The notes under the pieces: model-generated | Told to the model about the DNA's origin: nothing | The model's input: the letters and a program-made list of their open reading frames with translations, nothing else | Databases searched by the model: none | Position numbers and translations under genes: made by a program | Shown here: one piece after another, positions 45,083-54,516 of the stretch | How the letters are laid out: each line of letters starts with the position of its first letter | How positions within the stretch are numbered: the stretch's first letter is position 1 | NCBI GenBank assembly: GCA_964586765.1 | Contig: CAZPHN010000002.1 | Coordinates: forward strand, 83,628 to 147,627 | Direction of reading: 5' to 3' | DNA from: an uncultured Bacteroides sp. | GTDB lineage: Bacteria; Bacteroidota; Bacteroidia; Bacteroidales; Muribaculaceae | DNA length: 64,000 bases

Positions 45083-45388
45083 TTATTTATAGTGATTTGA
45101 GAGTTCAACAATATTACAAATAGTTAGTTCGTCTTCAGTTAGAATAAATTCAATTCGGTATTGGCTATTGACTCTTATGGAATATCGTCCTTTTTTGTCA
45201 CCTTTTAGAGCTTCGAAGTGTAAGGAATTAAATGCATATAGGTTTTCTGGCTTGGGAATTGCCATGAGTGTCTCAACCCTTTTTCGATAGCGCGTAATAA
45301 CGTCCGGTTGATAGCGATGTTTCTTGTCGGAACATTTTCCTTTCTCAAAAAGCTCTTTTAGATATATTTCTTCAAAAATTACAATCAT
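45083..45388 (-). CDS. higB: HigB-like (plasmid maintenance system killer family) toxin
   Basis: 101 aa from the ATG at 45388, with LHFEALKGDKKGRYSIRVNSQYRIEF. It lies upstream of a HigA-type HTH gene and is AT-rich. Confidence 0.75.
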   Translation of the reverse strand: MIVIFEEIYLKELFEKGKCSDKKHRYQPDVITRYRKRVETLMAIPKPENLYAFNSLHFEALKGDKKGRYSIRVNSQYRIEFILTEDELTICNIVELSNHYK

Positions 45389-45447
45389 ACGTACTTTTTT
45401 CTCTGCAAAGATAGCATTTTTTCTCAATTTTCACAAATTTGTGAAAA

Positions 45448-46281
45448 TTATTCTTTTGTGGAGAGCATTTGAAGAAGCCGGCGGTTGAGCTGGCGGCGTT
45501 CGGCGTCGAAAATCCAACCCCATTTGTTGAAATAGCGAATCATGTTGACCATGTGGATGCGGAGCATCCGGAGCGAGCGGTAGCTTGCAGCACGATGGGC
45601 ATGTACAATCGTCGCGCCCGGCCAGAAAACCGTGCGGTAATGGCGGTGGATGCGGCGCGTAAGGTCAATATCTTCGGGATACATGAAGAAACGCTCGTCA
45701 AAGAGGCCGGTGCGCCGGAGGGCATCGGTGCGCAGAAACATAAAACTTCCCTGATGGTACGGCACATTTATCTCCTTCGTGTGGTCACGGAACGCAAGCA
45801 GATAGCGACGGTTGCGTTTTTCCGTTAGCCGGGAGGGCAGAAAGCGGCGGAAAATTAAATCAACCGGGGTGGGGAGCATCCTGACAACCTCCTGCTCTCT
45901 GCCGTCGGGATAGACCGTGCGCGGAATCAGTTGCCCTATGTCCTTGTTAGCATCCATGTGGCTAACAATCCGGCTGATAACCTCCGGCGTGAAATGAACA
46001 TCGCTATTGATAACGAGATGGTAATCCACTTCCGGACGGGAGAGTGACCGCCTCAATTCGATATTATGGGCTGCTCCGTAGCCAAGATTGCGTCCGGGGT
46101 AGACATATTCCGTGCCTAACTCGGCGCAAAATGTCCGGAGCGAATCGTCGGGTGAGTTGTCAACAATAGCCACATCCGTGACGCCCGCCGCATGGAGCGA
46201 GCCGACACACATGCGTAACTCTTCGCGGTCAGTGCGATAAGTGACAATCGAGGCTCTGACTCTGGAGGAAAAATCATTCAT
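45448..46281 (-). CDS. Family-2 glycosyltransferase (rhamnosyltransferase-like)
   Basis: From the ATG at 46281, with ASIVTYRTD, VDNSP and YPEDIDLTRR motifs. Confidence 0.75.
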   Translation of the reverse strand: MNDFSSRVRASIVTYRTDREELRMCVGSLHAAGVTDVAIVDNSPDDSLRTFCAELGTEYVYPGRNLGYGAAHNIELRRSLSRPEVDYHLVINSDVHFTPEVISRIVSHMDANKDIGQLIPRTVYPDGREQEVVRMLPTPVDLIFRRFLPSRLTEKRNRRYLLAFRDHTKEINVPYHQGSFMFLRTDALRRTGLFDERFFMYPEDIDLTRRIHRHYRTVFWPGATIVHAHRAASYRSLRMLRIHMVNMIRYFNKWGWIFDAERRQLNRRLLQMLSTKE

Positions 46282-46329
46282 AATCACCGACAAATTTACA
46301 CAAAAATTGGTTAATTGCTGATATTTGCG

Positions 46330-46337
46330 TAAATTTG
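46330..46337 (+). promoter_or_regulatory. -7 promoter motif TAAATTTG for the 46364 CDS
   Basis: Exact TAnnTTTG match 27 nt upstream of the ATG. Confidence 0.45.
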
Positions 46338-46363
46338 TGGCGTAAATCATCATTTTTTCAACT

Positions 46364-47707
46364 ATGTTTGCCCGCAATATTTCTATATTTTTTGTCAGCG
46401 CGATGTCCGCGCTTGCTATTTCGGCTCAGACGCCTGACGTATCCATTGCAGAACTGCTTGGCGAATTGGAGATTGAAGAGACCTATCCCGATGCCCTTTC
46501 TGCTGACTCCCTCGCGGTCGAGGCTTTTGAACTTGACTCGTTTTTGGTTGAACCGCTCCGTCCGGTCGTTCCCCTCTCGCGTGTGATTTTCCTTCCCCCC
46601 ATATATATGCCTTTCAGCTATGAAATCCAACCCATAGTTCTCCAAGTAGGCAACAAACATATCATTACCGGGCTCGAATGGCTTCAGTCCGAGGCTGATG
46701 CGCGTGCATTTTCCGACCTTATCCGCCAGACCCACGCATTAAATCATCCTTCTGACGTTCACCTCAACCTCTATACGCTTCCTGAGCCGCCGAAGGTCTA
46801 CGTCCTGACCGCCGACCCGGAACACGCCACATATACCTTTACCGAGGCTCCCTCGCTCTCTACCGCGCCGGTTGATATTCCGCAGACCGAAATCAAAAAA
46901 CAGCATTGGCTCAATAAGTTCACTACCAACATCCAGTTCTCGCAGGCTTATGTCAGCCCTAACTGGTATCAGGGTGGCAATAACTCCCTTAACCTGATTG
47001 CCGATTTTAAGTATGAGAGCAAGTTGAACACCAAGTTCCATCCAAATCTCCTGTTCGAGAACTTCTTCCAGTGGCGTACCGCCCTCCAGAACACCCCTGA
47101 CGACCCGTACCGCAAATACTCCCTGACCGAAAATCGCTTTCAGATTAACACCAAATTCGGTTATAAGGCTGCCCACAACTGGTACTATACCATCACCGGT
47201 ATGCTCAAGACACCTATCTTAAACGGCTACAAGAAAGGGACCCAGACCCGCACGGCTTCTTTCCTCTCGCCGGGTGAACTCAACTTCGGTGCCGGTATGA
47301 CATATAACATGACAACCCAGAATAAGAAGTTCTCTCTCGGAGTTACCCTCTCGCCTATCTCATATAACCTCAAGACCTGTATCGACAAGAAGATTAATGA
47401 AACCTCGTTCGGTATAAAGGAAGGTCACAAGGCGTTACACTCCTATGGTTCTTCGGCTGAAATCACATGGTCATGGAATATATGTTATAATGTCAGTTGG
47501 TCAAGCCGCATTTTCGCCTTCACTAACTATGACTACTTCCAAGGCGACTGGCAGAATCAGTTCAAGTTTACCATCAACCGCTTCCTGACCGCAAACCTTA
47601 ACGTTGACCTCCGTTACGACACTTCCGCCGGTTCTGATTCCTATTGGCACAAACTTCAGCTTCGCGAGATTTTCTCCCTCGGCTTTACCTATACCTTGTC
47701 CCATTGA
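46364..47707 (+). CDS. Outer-membrane beta-barrel-like protein (DUF3078-like, from memory)
   Basis: 447 aa ORF with a signal peptide (ALAISAQ). It has alternating aromatic/polar strands, for example NWYQGGNNSLNLIADFKYESK, and ends FSLGFTYTLSH. Confidence 0.5.
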   Translation: MFARNISIFFVSAMSALAISAQTPDVSIAELLGELEIEETYPDALSADSLAVEAFELDSFLVEPLRPVVPLSRVIFLPPIYMPFSYEIQPIVLQVGNKHIITGLEWLQSEADARAFSDLIRQTHALNHPSDVHLNLYTLPEPPKVYVLTADPEHATYTFTEAPSLSTAPVDIPQTEIKKQHWLNKFTTNIQFSQAYVSPNWYQGGNNSLNLIADFKYESKLNTKFHPNLLFENFFQWRTALQNTPDDPYRKYSLTENRFQINTKFGYKAAHNWYYTITGMLKTPILNGYKKGTQTRTASFLSPGELNFGAGMTYNMTTQNKKFSLGVTLSPISYNLKTCIDKKINETSFGIKEGHKALHSYGSSAEITWSWNICYNVSWSSRIFAFTNYDYFQGDWQNQFKFTINRFLTANLNVDLRYDTSAGSDSYWHKLQLREIFSLGFTYTLSH

Positions 47708-47715
47708 TTGCATAA

Positions 47716-48789
47716 ATGGCTAATCCCTCGCAGCGACTCGAGTCGCTTGACATTCTGCGCGGTTTCGACCTCTTCATGCTTGTGTTCCTCCAGCCCGTGG
47801 TCATAGCTATCGGCAGAGTGTGGTGTCCGGGATGGCTCGAACCTGTAATGCATCAGCTTGACCATGAAGTATGGGAGGGTTTTCGCTGCTGGGACCTCGT
47901 TATGCCTCTTTTCCTGTTCATGACAGGCACGGCAATGCCGTTTTCGTTCGCAAAATATGCGTCTGAAGGTGCTAATTTCGCGCTTTATCGCAAAATTGCT
48001 CGGCGTTTCCTTATTTTATTCCTTCTTGGCATGGTGGTTCAGGGCAATCTGCTCGGCTTTGACTTCGACCATATCTACATTTATACGAACACACTCCAAG
48101 CCATTGCCGCCGGTTATCTTATCAGCGCGCTCATTATACTGAACGGCAACCTCCGTTGGCAAATTATACTGACCGTACTGCTGTTAGTGGTCTACTCACT
48201 GCCTATGCATCTCATGGGTGACTTTACCCGCCACGGAAGTTTTGCCAACATGATTGACGCCGCAGTCATCGGACGTTTCCGCGGCGACCCGTCATACACA
48301 TGGCTCTGGAGCAGTCTTACCTTCGGCGTGACCGTCATGCTCGGCACTTTTGCCGGCTCCCTCATACGTTCGCGCCGCTTTTCCGGCAAACGTACCGCCC
48401 TTATCCTCGCCGCTATCGGACTCGGATTAGTGATTGCCGGCTGGCTCTGGGGATTTTATCAGCCTATAATCAAACGCCTGTGGACCGGCAGCATGACCCT
48501 CTATTCCGGCGGATGGTGCTTCCTGCTGATGGCTCTGTTCTACTGGTGGATTGACGTTTGCGGACATCAGCGCGGACTCCGCTGGCTTAAAATCTACGGT
48601 ACCAACTCAATCCTCGCCTACATCCTTGGCGAAGTCATCAACTTCCGCAGCATCGCCGCCTCGCTTTCCTACGGACTCGCCCCCCGCCTCGGCGACTTCT
48701 ACGGTGCGTGGCTTACCTTCTGCAACTTCCTCATCGTCTTCCTGATTCTCCGCTTCCTCTACCGCCATCACCTCCACCTCAAAATCTAA
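47716..48789 (+). CDS. Polytopic membrane acyltransferase-like protein (DUF5009 / heparan-alpha-glucosaminide N-acetyltransferase-like)
   Basis: 357 aa ORF with the N-terminus RLESLDILRGFDLFMLV and about 10 TM segments. Confidence 0.6.
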   Translation: MANPSQRLESLDILRGFDLFMLVFLQPVVIAIGRVWCPGWLEPVMHQLDHEVWEGFRCWDLVMPLFLFMTGTAMPFSFAKYASEGANFALYRKIARRFLILFLLGMVVQGNLLGFDFDHIYIYTNTLQAIAAGYLISALIILNGNLRWQIILTVLLLVVYSLPMHLMGDFTRHGSFANMIDAAVIGRFRGDPSYTWLWSSLTFGVTVMLGTFAGSLIRSRRFSGKRTALILAAIGLGLVIAGWLWGFYQPIIKRLWTGSMTLYSGGWCFLLMALFYWWIDVCGHQRGLRWLKIYGTNSILAYILGEVINFRSIAASLSYGLAPRLGDFYGAWLTFCNFLIVFLILRFLYRHHLHLKI

Positions 48790-48836
48790 TCATACCTTTC
48801 TTTCGGGGTGGGTTTGCGGGTTTGGATTTTTATCCG

Positions 48837-48844
48837 TAAATTTG
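48837..48844 (+). promoter_or_regulatory. -7 promoter motif TAAATTTG for relA/spoT
   Basis: Exact TAnnTTTG match 27 nt upstream of the ATG at 48871. Confidence 0.45.
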
Positions 48845-48870
48845 GGGCAATAAAAAGTAAAGAGATTGTT

Positions 48871-51150
48871 ATGATTAATCAGACGGCAGAGACTGTATCC
48901 GGACATACTCCCGAGGAAGAGCGAATGATTGAGGAGGCGTTTCAGGAGGTACTTCAGGGTTATCTAAACTCTAACCACCGCAAAAAGGTGGAAATCATTG
49001 AACGCGCATATCAATTTGCCAAGCATGCTCATAACGGTGTGCGCCGCCGTTCAGGCGAACCTTATATTCTCCATCCGATTGCAGTTGCCCGCATTGCCAG
49101 TCAGGAAATCGGGCTGGGATCAACGAGCATCTGCGCCGCTTTGCTCCACGATGTGGTTGAAGATACTGACTACACCGTCGAGGACATCCGCGCTCAGTTC
49201 GGCGACAAAATCGCCCAGCTTGTCGAGGGTCTGACCAAGATTTCCGGCGGTATCTTCGGCGAACACGCCTCCGCTCAGGCTGAAAACTTCCGCAAGCTTC
49301 TGTTGACCATGAATGACGATATCCGCGTCGTGTTGCTGAAGATGGCTGACCGTCTCCACAACATGCGCACACTCGGCTCCATGGCTCCCAACAAGCAGTA
49401 TAAGATTGCGGGTGAGACCCTCTACATATACGCCCCGTTGGCACATCGCCTCGGGCTCTTCGCCATCAAGACCGAACTCGAGGACCTGAGCTTTAAATAT
49501 GAGCATCCTGCCGCCTACGAGGAGATTTCAAAGAAAATAGCCGATACTGAGCGCACCCGCCGCATGATTTATCAGGACTTTGCCGCTCCTATCGAACAGA
49601 AACTCGGCGAGATGGGCATTACCTTCGATGCCAAATACCGGCTCAAGAGCGTTTACTCTATCTGGCGCAAGATGGAGAACAAAAAGATTCCGTTCGAGGA
49701 GGTCTATGACCTCTACGCCATGCGTATTATCTTCGATTGCCCTGACCCCTCGCAGGAAAAGGAACTCAGCTGGCGTATCTACTCTGCCATCACGGATATC
49801 TACAAACTCCACCCCGACCGTACGCGTGACTGGATTTCAGTTCCCAAGGCAAACGGCTATCAGGCACTTCATCTTACTGTTATGGGTCATGACGGCAACT
49901 GGGTCGAAATCCAGATTCGCTCGCGCCGCATGGACGACATTGCCGAGCGCGGTTTCGCCGCCCACTGGAAATATAAGGACGGTGAGAGCGATGAAGAGCG
50001 TGAACTGACCCTCTGGATTCAAACCATCAAGGATATCTTGGAGAGCCCCGAGCCTAACGCCATCGATTTCCTCGACACACTGAAACTCAACCTCTTTGCC
50101 AGCGAGATTGTGGTCTTTACCCCCAAGGGCGAACCTATCACACTCCCCGCTGACGCTACGGTGCTGGACCTCGCGTTCACTCTCCATACCGAGCTTGGGC
50201 TCCACTGCATAGCCGGTAAGGTTAACCATAAGCTCGTGCCGCTCAACGCCAAGCTCCAGAGCGGCGATCAGGTAGAGATTATCACCTCCGATTCCCAGAC
50301 CCCTCAGTCCGACTGGATTAGCTTCCTCGCTACGGCAAAGGCGCGTACCCGTCTGCGTCAGGCTCTGCGCCGTGACCATCAGCCGCTTATCGATCGCGGT
50401 CGCGAAATGATGGACAAGGCTCTTGAGGCGGCAGGAATGAAAAACTCCAATGAGTTGATAACCAAAATGATGGGCTACTACCATGTGTCGTCCCATGATG
50501 ACATCTACATGGGCATTGCCCGCGGAGAAATCAACCCTGCTGACTCCATTGCCGCCTTCTCAAAGAAGAAAAGTCAGGGTGGGGCGGGTGCCATGTTCAA
50601 GAAATACCTTATTGACCCCTTCGTCCCTGCCAAGAAATCGCCCAAGGGTCGCTGGAAGGCGGACGAGGACGAGGATCTTGTCATTCCCGCCGATATCAAC
50701 GTCAAGGAAACATATGTCCTGCGCGATGACGGCAAGACCCGCAATTATGTGACCGCCGACTGCTGTAACCCCCTTCCGGGCGATGACGTCATGGGCTTCC
50801 TTGAAGACAACGGCTCCGTGACCGTCCACTCCCTTACCTGTCCCCGTGCCGCCGTCCTCAAGGCTACCTACGGCGGACGTATCCTTGCCACACGCTGGGA
50901 AAGCCGCGGACTGCCGAAGTTCACCGCCGTGGTGCGCATGGAGGGTATTGACCGTCGTGGCATTCTTCAGGAAATCACCGCAAAGGTCAGTGCCGCTACC
51001 GGAATCGACATCCGTAGCCTCAATATCGAGGCTACCGACGAGGTCTTTACCGGACGCCTTACCGTCAAGGTAACCGATGCCGAGGCTGTCGATGAACTTT
51101 GCCGCCGGCTCAAGGAAGTAAATGGTGTAACATCTGCCGCTCGCTTATGA
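48871..51150 (+). CDS. relA: Bifunctional (p)ppGpp synthetase/hydrolase, RelA/SpoT family
   Basis: It has an HD domain (RSGEPYILHPIAVA, LLHDVVEDT), a synthetase domain (YSIWRKMENK, GYQALHLTV) and TGS and ACT domains. I chose the ATG at 48871. Confidence 0.92.
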   Translation: MINQTAETVSGHTPEEERMIEEAFQEVLQGYLNSNHRKKVEIIERAYQFAKHAHNGVRRRSGEPYILHPIAVARIASQEIGLGSTSICAALLHDVVEDTDYTVEDIRAQFGDKIAQLVEGLTKISGGIFGEHASAQAENFRKLLLTMNDDIRVVLLKMADRLHNMRTLGSMAPNKQYKIAGETLYIYAPLAHRLGLFAIKTELEDLSFKYEHPAAYEEISKKIADTERTRRMIYQDFAAPIEQKLGEMGITFDAKYRLKSVYSIWRKMENKKIPFEEVYDLYAMRIIFDCPDPSQEKELSWRIYSAITDIYKLHPDRTRDWISVPKANGYQALHLTVMGHDGNWVEIQIRSRRMDDIAERGFAAHWKYKDGESDEERELTLWIQTIKDILESPEPNAIDFLDTLKLNLFASEIVVFTPKGEPITLPADATVLDLAFTLHTELGLHCIAGKVNHKLVPLNAKLQSGDQVEIITSDSQTPQSDWISFLATAKARTRLRQALRRDHQPLIDRGREMMDKALEAAGMKNSNELITKMMGYYHVSSHDDIYMGIARGEINPADSIAAFSKKKSQGGAGAMFKKYLIDPFVPAKKSPKGRWKADEDEDLVIPADINVKETYVLRDDGKTRNYVTADCCNPLPGDDVMGFLEDNGSVTVHSLTCPRAAVLKATYGGRILATRWESRGLPKFTAVVRMEGIDRRGILQEITAKVSAATGIDIRSLNIEATDEVFTGRLTVKVTDAEAVDELCRRLKEVNGVTSAARL

Positions 51151-53174
51151 TTAAGAAGTTCCCCTACTGGACCCAGCTGGCAATTTTCCTTGCCGCCACA
51201 TTAATTATTGTCTGGCTGATGCCGCGTACCTCTACCTCTACGTATATTTATGAGGTAAACCGCCCGTGGAACTACAAGCTCCTTACCGCGCCGTTCGATA
51301 TTCCCGTGCGCTTGGACTCGCTGAGCATCAAGGCTGCCTGTGACTCTATTGACCGCACATTTGTCCCGGTCTACCGTCGTAATCAGACTATCGACGGTCA
51401 GGTGCGCCTGCGCGCCTCTCAGGCCCTCGGTGCCGTCAGCGGCGTCAGTGCCCAGACCCGCTATCGTATCGAGCAGAAACTCCGCGAGCTCTATCAGTCC
51501 GGTGTGGTCGATGAAAACTCATATACCGACATCCTTACGGGGCGCATGCCTTCCGTCCGCATGGCTGCCGACAATACCTTGACAACCCGCTCCTCCGCCG
51601 GGCTCCGCTCCCCGCTCAAAGCGTATGAGTGGCTTAAGGAGCAGCTCCCCGGCGATGAAACCCATTATGCCATCGAGCAGGCAAAGATTGCCGGAATGCT
51701 CACCCCGAATATCGTAATCGATACCGAAACATCCGATCGCATGCGCCACGACCTATATAATAAGGCGTCTGCCCCCGTTGGCGTCATTCAGCAGGGCGAG
51801 CGCATTATTGACCGTGGCGATATCGTTACCATCCAGCTCTATACCGTCCTCCGCACCTATGAGCAGATGATGGCTGAGCGTGGCAACGGCGTAAACGGCA
51901 ATGCCCTCTACGTATGGATTGCAAAATTCCTCTATGTGGGGCTCCTTATCGCCTTGTTCGCATGCTTCCTTTATGGATTTCGCCGGCGCATGTTCGTTCA
52001 GGTCAATGCCGTGATGTTCCTGATGCTCAATGTGGTGGTGTTCTGCCTCTTTGCCTTCCTTATGAACACCTCCTTCACCTCCGGACTCTATATCGTCCCC
52101 TTCACCATGATTCCTATTATGGTGCTGGTGTTCTTCGACGGGCGCACGGCTCTATTCACTCTATTGGTGACAATCCTTATCTGCGCCGTTATCGCGCCGT
52201 ACCCTACCGAGTTCCTTGCCATGCAGTTCGTGGCGGGCGTGACCGCAATCACCTCCCTGCGCGAACTTTCGCGCCGCTCCCAGCTCCTGCGCTCTGCCGT
52301 CCTCGTTTTCCTCGCCTATTCGTTGGCTTATGTTGCCATTAATGTGATGATGACCGGCTCGTTTGCCTCGCTTTCCGGACGCGTTTTCGGCTTCTGCGCT
52401 ATCAATGCCGTGTTTGTCAGCTTCGCTTACGTCCTGATTTTTGTCTTTGAGCGTCTTTTCGGCTTTACGTCGCTTGTCGCCCTTGTCGAGCTCAGCGATA
52501 TCAACCATCCCCTCCTGCGCGAACTCTCCCGCGAGTGTCCCGGAACCTTCCAGCACTCCATGGCGGTCAGCAACCTTGCCGCCGAAGCTGCCGCTAAGGT
52601 CGACGCCAACGTCCAGCTTGTCCGCGCCGGCGCGCTCTACCATGACATTGGCAAAGTCCAGAATCCCGCCTTCTTTACCGAAAATCAGCATGGTGTGAAC
52701 CCCCATGACGCTCTTGACCCCGTCCAGAGCGCGCGTATTATCCTCGGGCATGTGACCGACGGTGTCCGCAAGGCTGAAAAAGCCAAGCTCCCCGCCGTTA
52801 TCCGCCATTTTATCCTTGAGCATCACGGTCGCGGAACGGCGCGCTACTTCTACCTCACATGGCAGAAACAGCACCCCGATGAGACACCTGACCCCGAGCT
52901 CTTCACCTATCCCGGTCCCAACCCTCAGAGTCTCGAAACCTCAATCCTCATGATGGCTGACGCCGTCGAGGCTGCATCACGCTCCCTTAAGGAATACACC
53001 CCCGAGGCTATTGCCGATTTGGTCAACCGTATTATCGACACTCAGATTGCCGAAGGGCTCCATAACGAGTCGCCGCTGCGCTTCCGCGATGTCGCCGTTA
53101 TCAAGGATACGTTCATTCAGCGTCTGCGTACCATTTATCACTCCCGGGTAGCATATCCCGACAGTAAGAAATGA
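51147..53174 (+). CDS. 7TM-receptor HD/HDIG phosphohydrolase (PgpH/YqfF-like)
   Basis: 675 aa from the ATG at 51147, which overlaps the relA stop (ATGA). It has 7 TM segments, then HSMAVSNLA and ALYHDIGK HD motifs. Confidence 0.85.
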   Translation: MIKKFPYWTQLAIFLAATLIIVWLMPRTSTSTYIYEVNRPWNYKLLTAPFDIPVRLDSLSIKAACDSIDRTFVPVYRRNQTIDGQVRLRASQALGAVSGVSAQTRYRIEQKLRELYQSGVVDENSYTDILTGRMPSVRMAADNTLTTRSSAGLRSPLKAYEWLKEQLPGDETHYAIEQAKIAGMLTPNIVIDTETSDRMRHDLYNKASAPVGVIQQGERIIDRGDIVTIQLYTVLRTYEQMMAERGNGVNGNALYVWIAKFLYVGLLIALFACFLYGFRRRMFVQVNAVMFLMLNVVVFCLFAFLMNTSFTSGLYIVPFTMIPIMVLVFFDGRTALFTLLVTILICAVIAPYPTEFLAMQFVAGVTAITSLRELSRRSQLLRSAVLVFLAYSLAYVAINVMMTGSFASLSGRVFGFCAINAVFVSFAYVLIFVFERLFGFTSLVALVELSDINHPLLRELSRECPGTFQHSMAVSNLAAEAAAKVDANVQLVRAGALYHDIGKVQNPAFFTENQHGVNPHDALDPVQSARIILGHVTDGVRKAEKAKLPAVIRHFILEHHGRGTARYFYLTWQKQHPDETPDPELFTYPGPNPQSLETSILMMADAVEAASRSLKEYTPEAIADLVNRIIDTQIAEGLHNESPLRFRDVAVIKDTFIQRLRTIYHSRVAYPDSKK

Positions 53175-53977
53175 CCTCCCGACGTTTGACAAGAGACTTC
53201 GTAGCCGATACTTCCCTCTGGACCCTCTGTGTCCGTGTTTCGGCTGACTCGCTTTCGGCTTTGGTGGTAGGTCCCGTCAGTGCTGACTCATCGGTGATGG
53301 ACTGCGTCGAGCCCCTCCCTGATAGCTCCCTCAAGTCGCTCGAGGACGCTATCTATGACAATTCCCTTATCCTCGGCGATTTTGCCCGCTCTACCGTCGT
53401 TATTTCTACCTCGCAGTTGGTCCAGATTCCCGATGGTATACCCGCTCCGCTCGCCGAGAAGATTGCCGAAGCTTTGCTCCCCGATTGTGACGCCCCACGC
53501 TCCTTTATCGTGGCTCCCATGCCTCAGGGGCAGGTCGTTGCCGCTGTTTCCTCTGAAACCTTCAATTTCCTTAAGCGCACCTTCCCCGATGCGGCATTTT
53601 CCGTCTCGCTCAGTGTGCTTGCCTGCGCCGTTGACTCCATCCGCCCGGCGGATGATGCGAGAATGTACGCCTTCTGCTATCCCGATGAACTTGTCGTGCT
53701 TACATTCTCTTCCTCCGGCTCGCTCGTTTTCGCCAACCGTTTCGACGCCTTCTCGCCCGCTGACTGCGCATATTATATCCTCGCTGCCGCCGGCACGGAG
53801 CGACTGCCCGTCTGCTTGGGGGGCGAACCTGACTTGCGTAACGGCGTGATTGACTGCCTGAAACAGGCTGCGCCCGATATCGAGCTCGAGCCGCTGACCC
53901 TCCCTGACGCTCTTGTGGCTGTCCGACACCGGACGCCCGGGATTTCCGATGACCTTATTTTTCTTGCCCGCCAATGA
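53171..53977 (+). CDS. Hypothetical protein (DUF3822-like, from memory and gene context upstream of rsmD)
   Basis: 268 aa ORF with ATGA overlaps at both ends and no recognisable catalytic motif. Confidence 0.45.
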   Translation: MTSRRLTRDFVADTSLWTLCVRVSADSLSALVVGPVSADSSVMDCVEPLPDSSLKSLEDAIYDNSLILGDFARSTVVISTSQLVQIPDGIPAPLAEKIAEALLPDCDAPRSFIVAPMPQGQVVAAVSSETFNFLKRTFPDAAFSVSLSVLACAVDSIRPADDARMYAFCYPDELVVLTFSSSGSLVFANRFDAFSPADCAYYILAAAGTERLPVCLGGEPDLRNGVIDCLKQAAPDIELEPLTLPDALVAVRHRTPGISDDLIFLARQ

Positions 53978-54516
53978 GAATTATTCGTGGAAAATACGGA
54001 CGTCGTCGTTTCGATGTCCCTACTAACATAACCGCGCGCCCCACTACCGACTTCGCGCGCGAAAACATCTTTAACGTCCTCGAAAACCTTATGGACTTCG
54101 AGGGCGCGGACTGCATTGACCTCTTTGCCGGCACCGGGGCGATTAGCCTTGAAATGGTGAGCCGCGGTGCTGCTTCCGTCATTGCTGTCGAGAAGGCTCC
54201 CGTTCAGGCGCGTTTCATTGATAAAGTGCGCCAGCAGCTCAACTGCTCCGAGCTCCGGCTGGTCCGTGGCGACGCTTTCAAGTTCATTGCCTCCCCCGGT
54301 CCTGTGGTGAACCTTATTTTTGCCGACCCGCCTTACGACATGGAGAACTTCGATGATGTCCCCGGCGCGATTCTTGCCTCTCCCCGCTGCGGCGATGACA
54401 CCATCGTGGTGGTCGAGCACGGTAAGACCCGCGATTTCTCCTCTAACCCCGCGTTTTTTGAACATCGTGCCTATGGCTCGGTCAATTTTTCCCTCTTTCG
54501 TAAAAATCACGAATGA
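53974..54516 (+). CDS. rsmD: 16S rRNA (guanine966-N2)-methyltransferase
   Basis: 180 aa ORF with RPTTDFARENIFNVL, DLFAGTGAISLE and FADPPY motifs. Confidence 0.9.
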   Translation: MRIIRGKYGRRRFDVPTNITARPTTDFARENIFNVLENLMDFEGADCIDLFAGTGAISLEMVSRGAASVIAVEKAPVQARFIDKVRQQLNCSELRLVRGDAFKFIASPGPVVNLIFADPPYDMENFDDVPGAILASPRCGDDTIVVVEHGKTRDFSSNPAFFEHRAYGSVNFSLFRKNHE

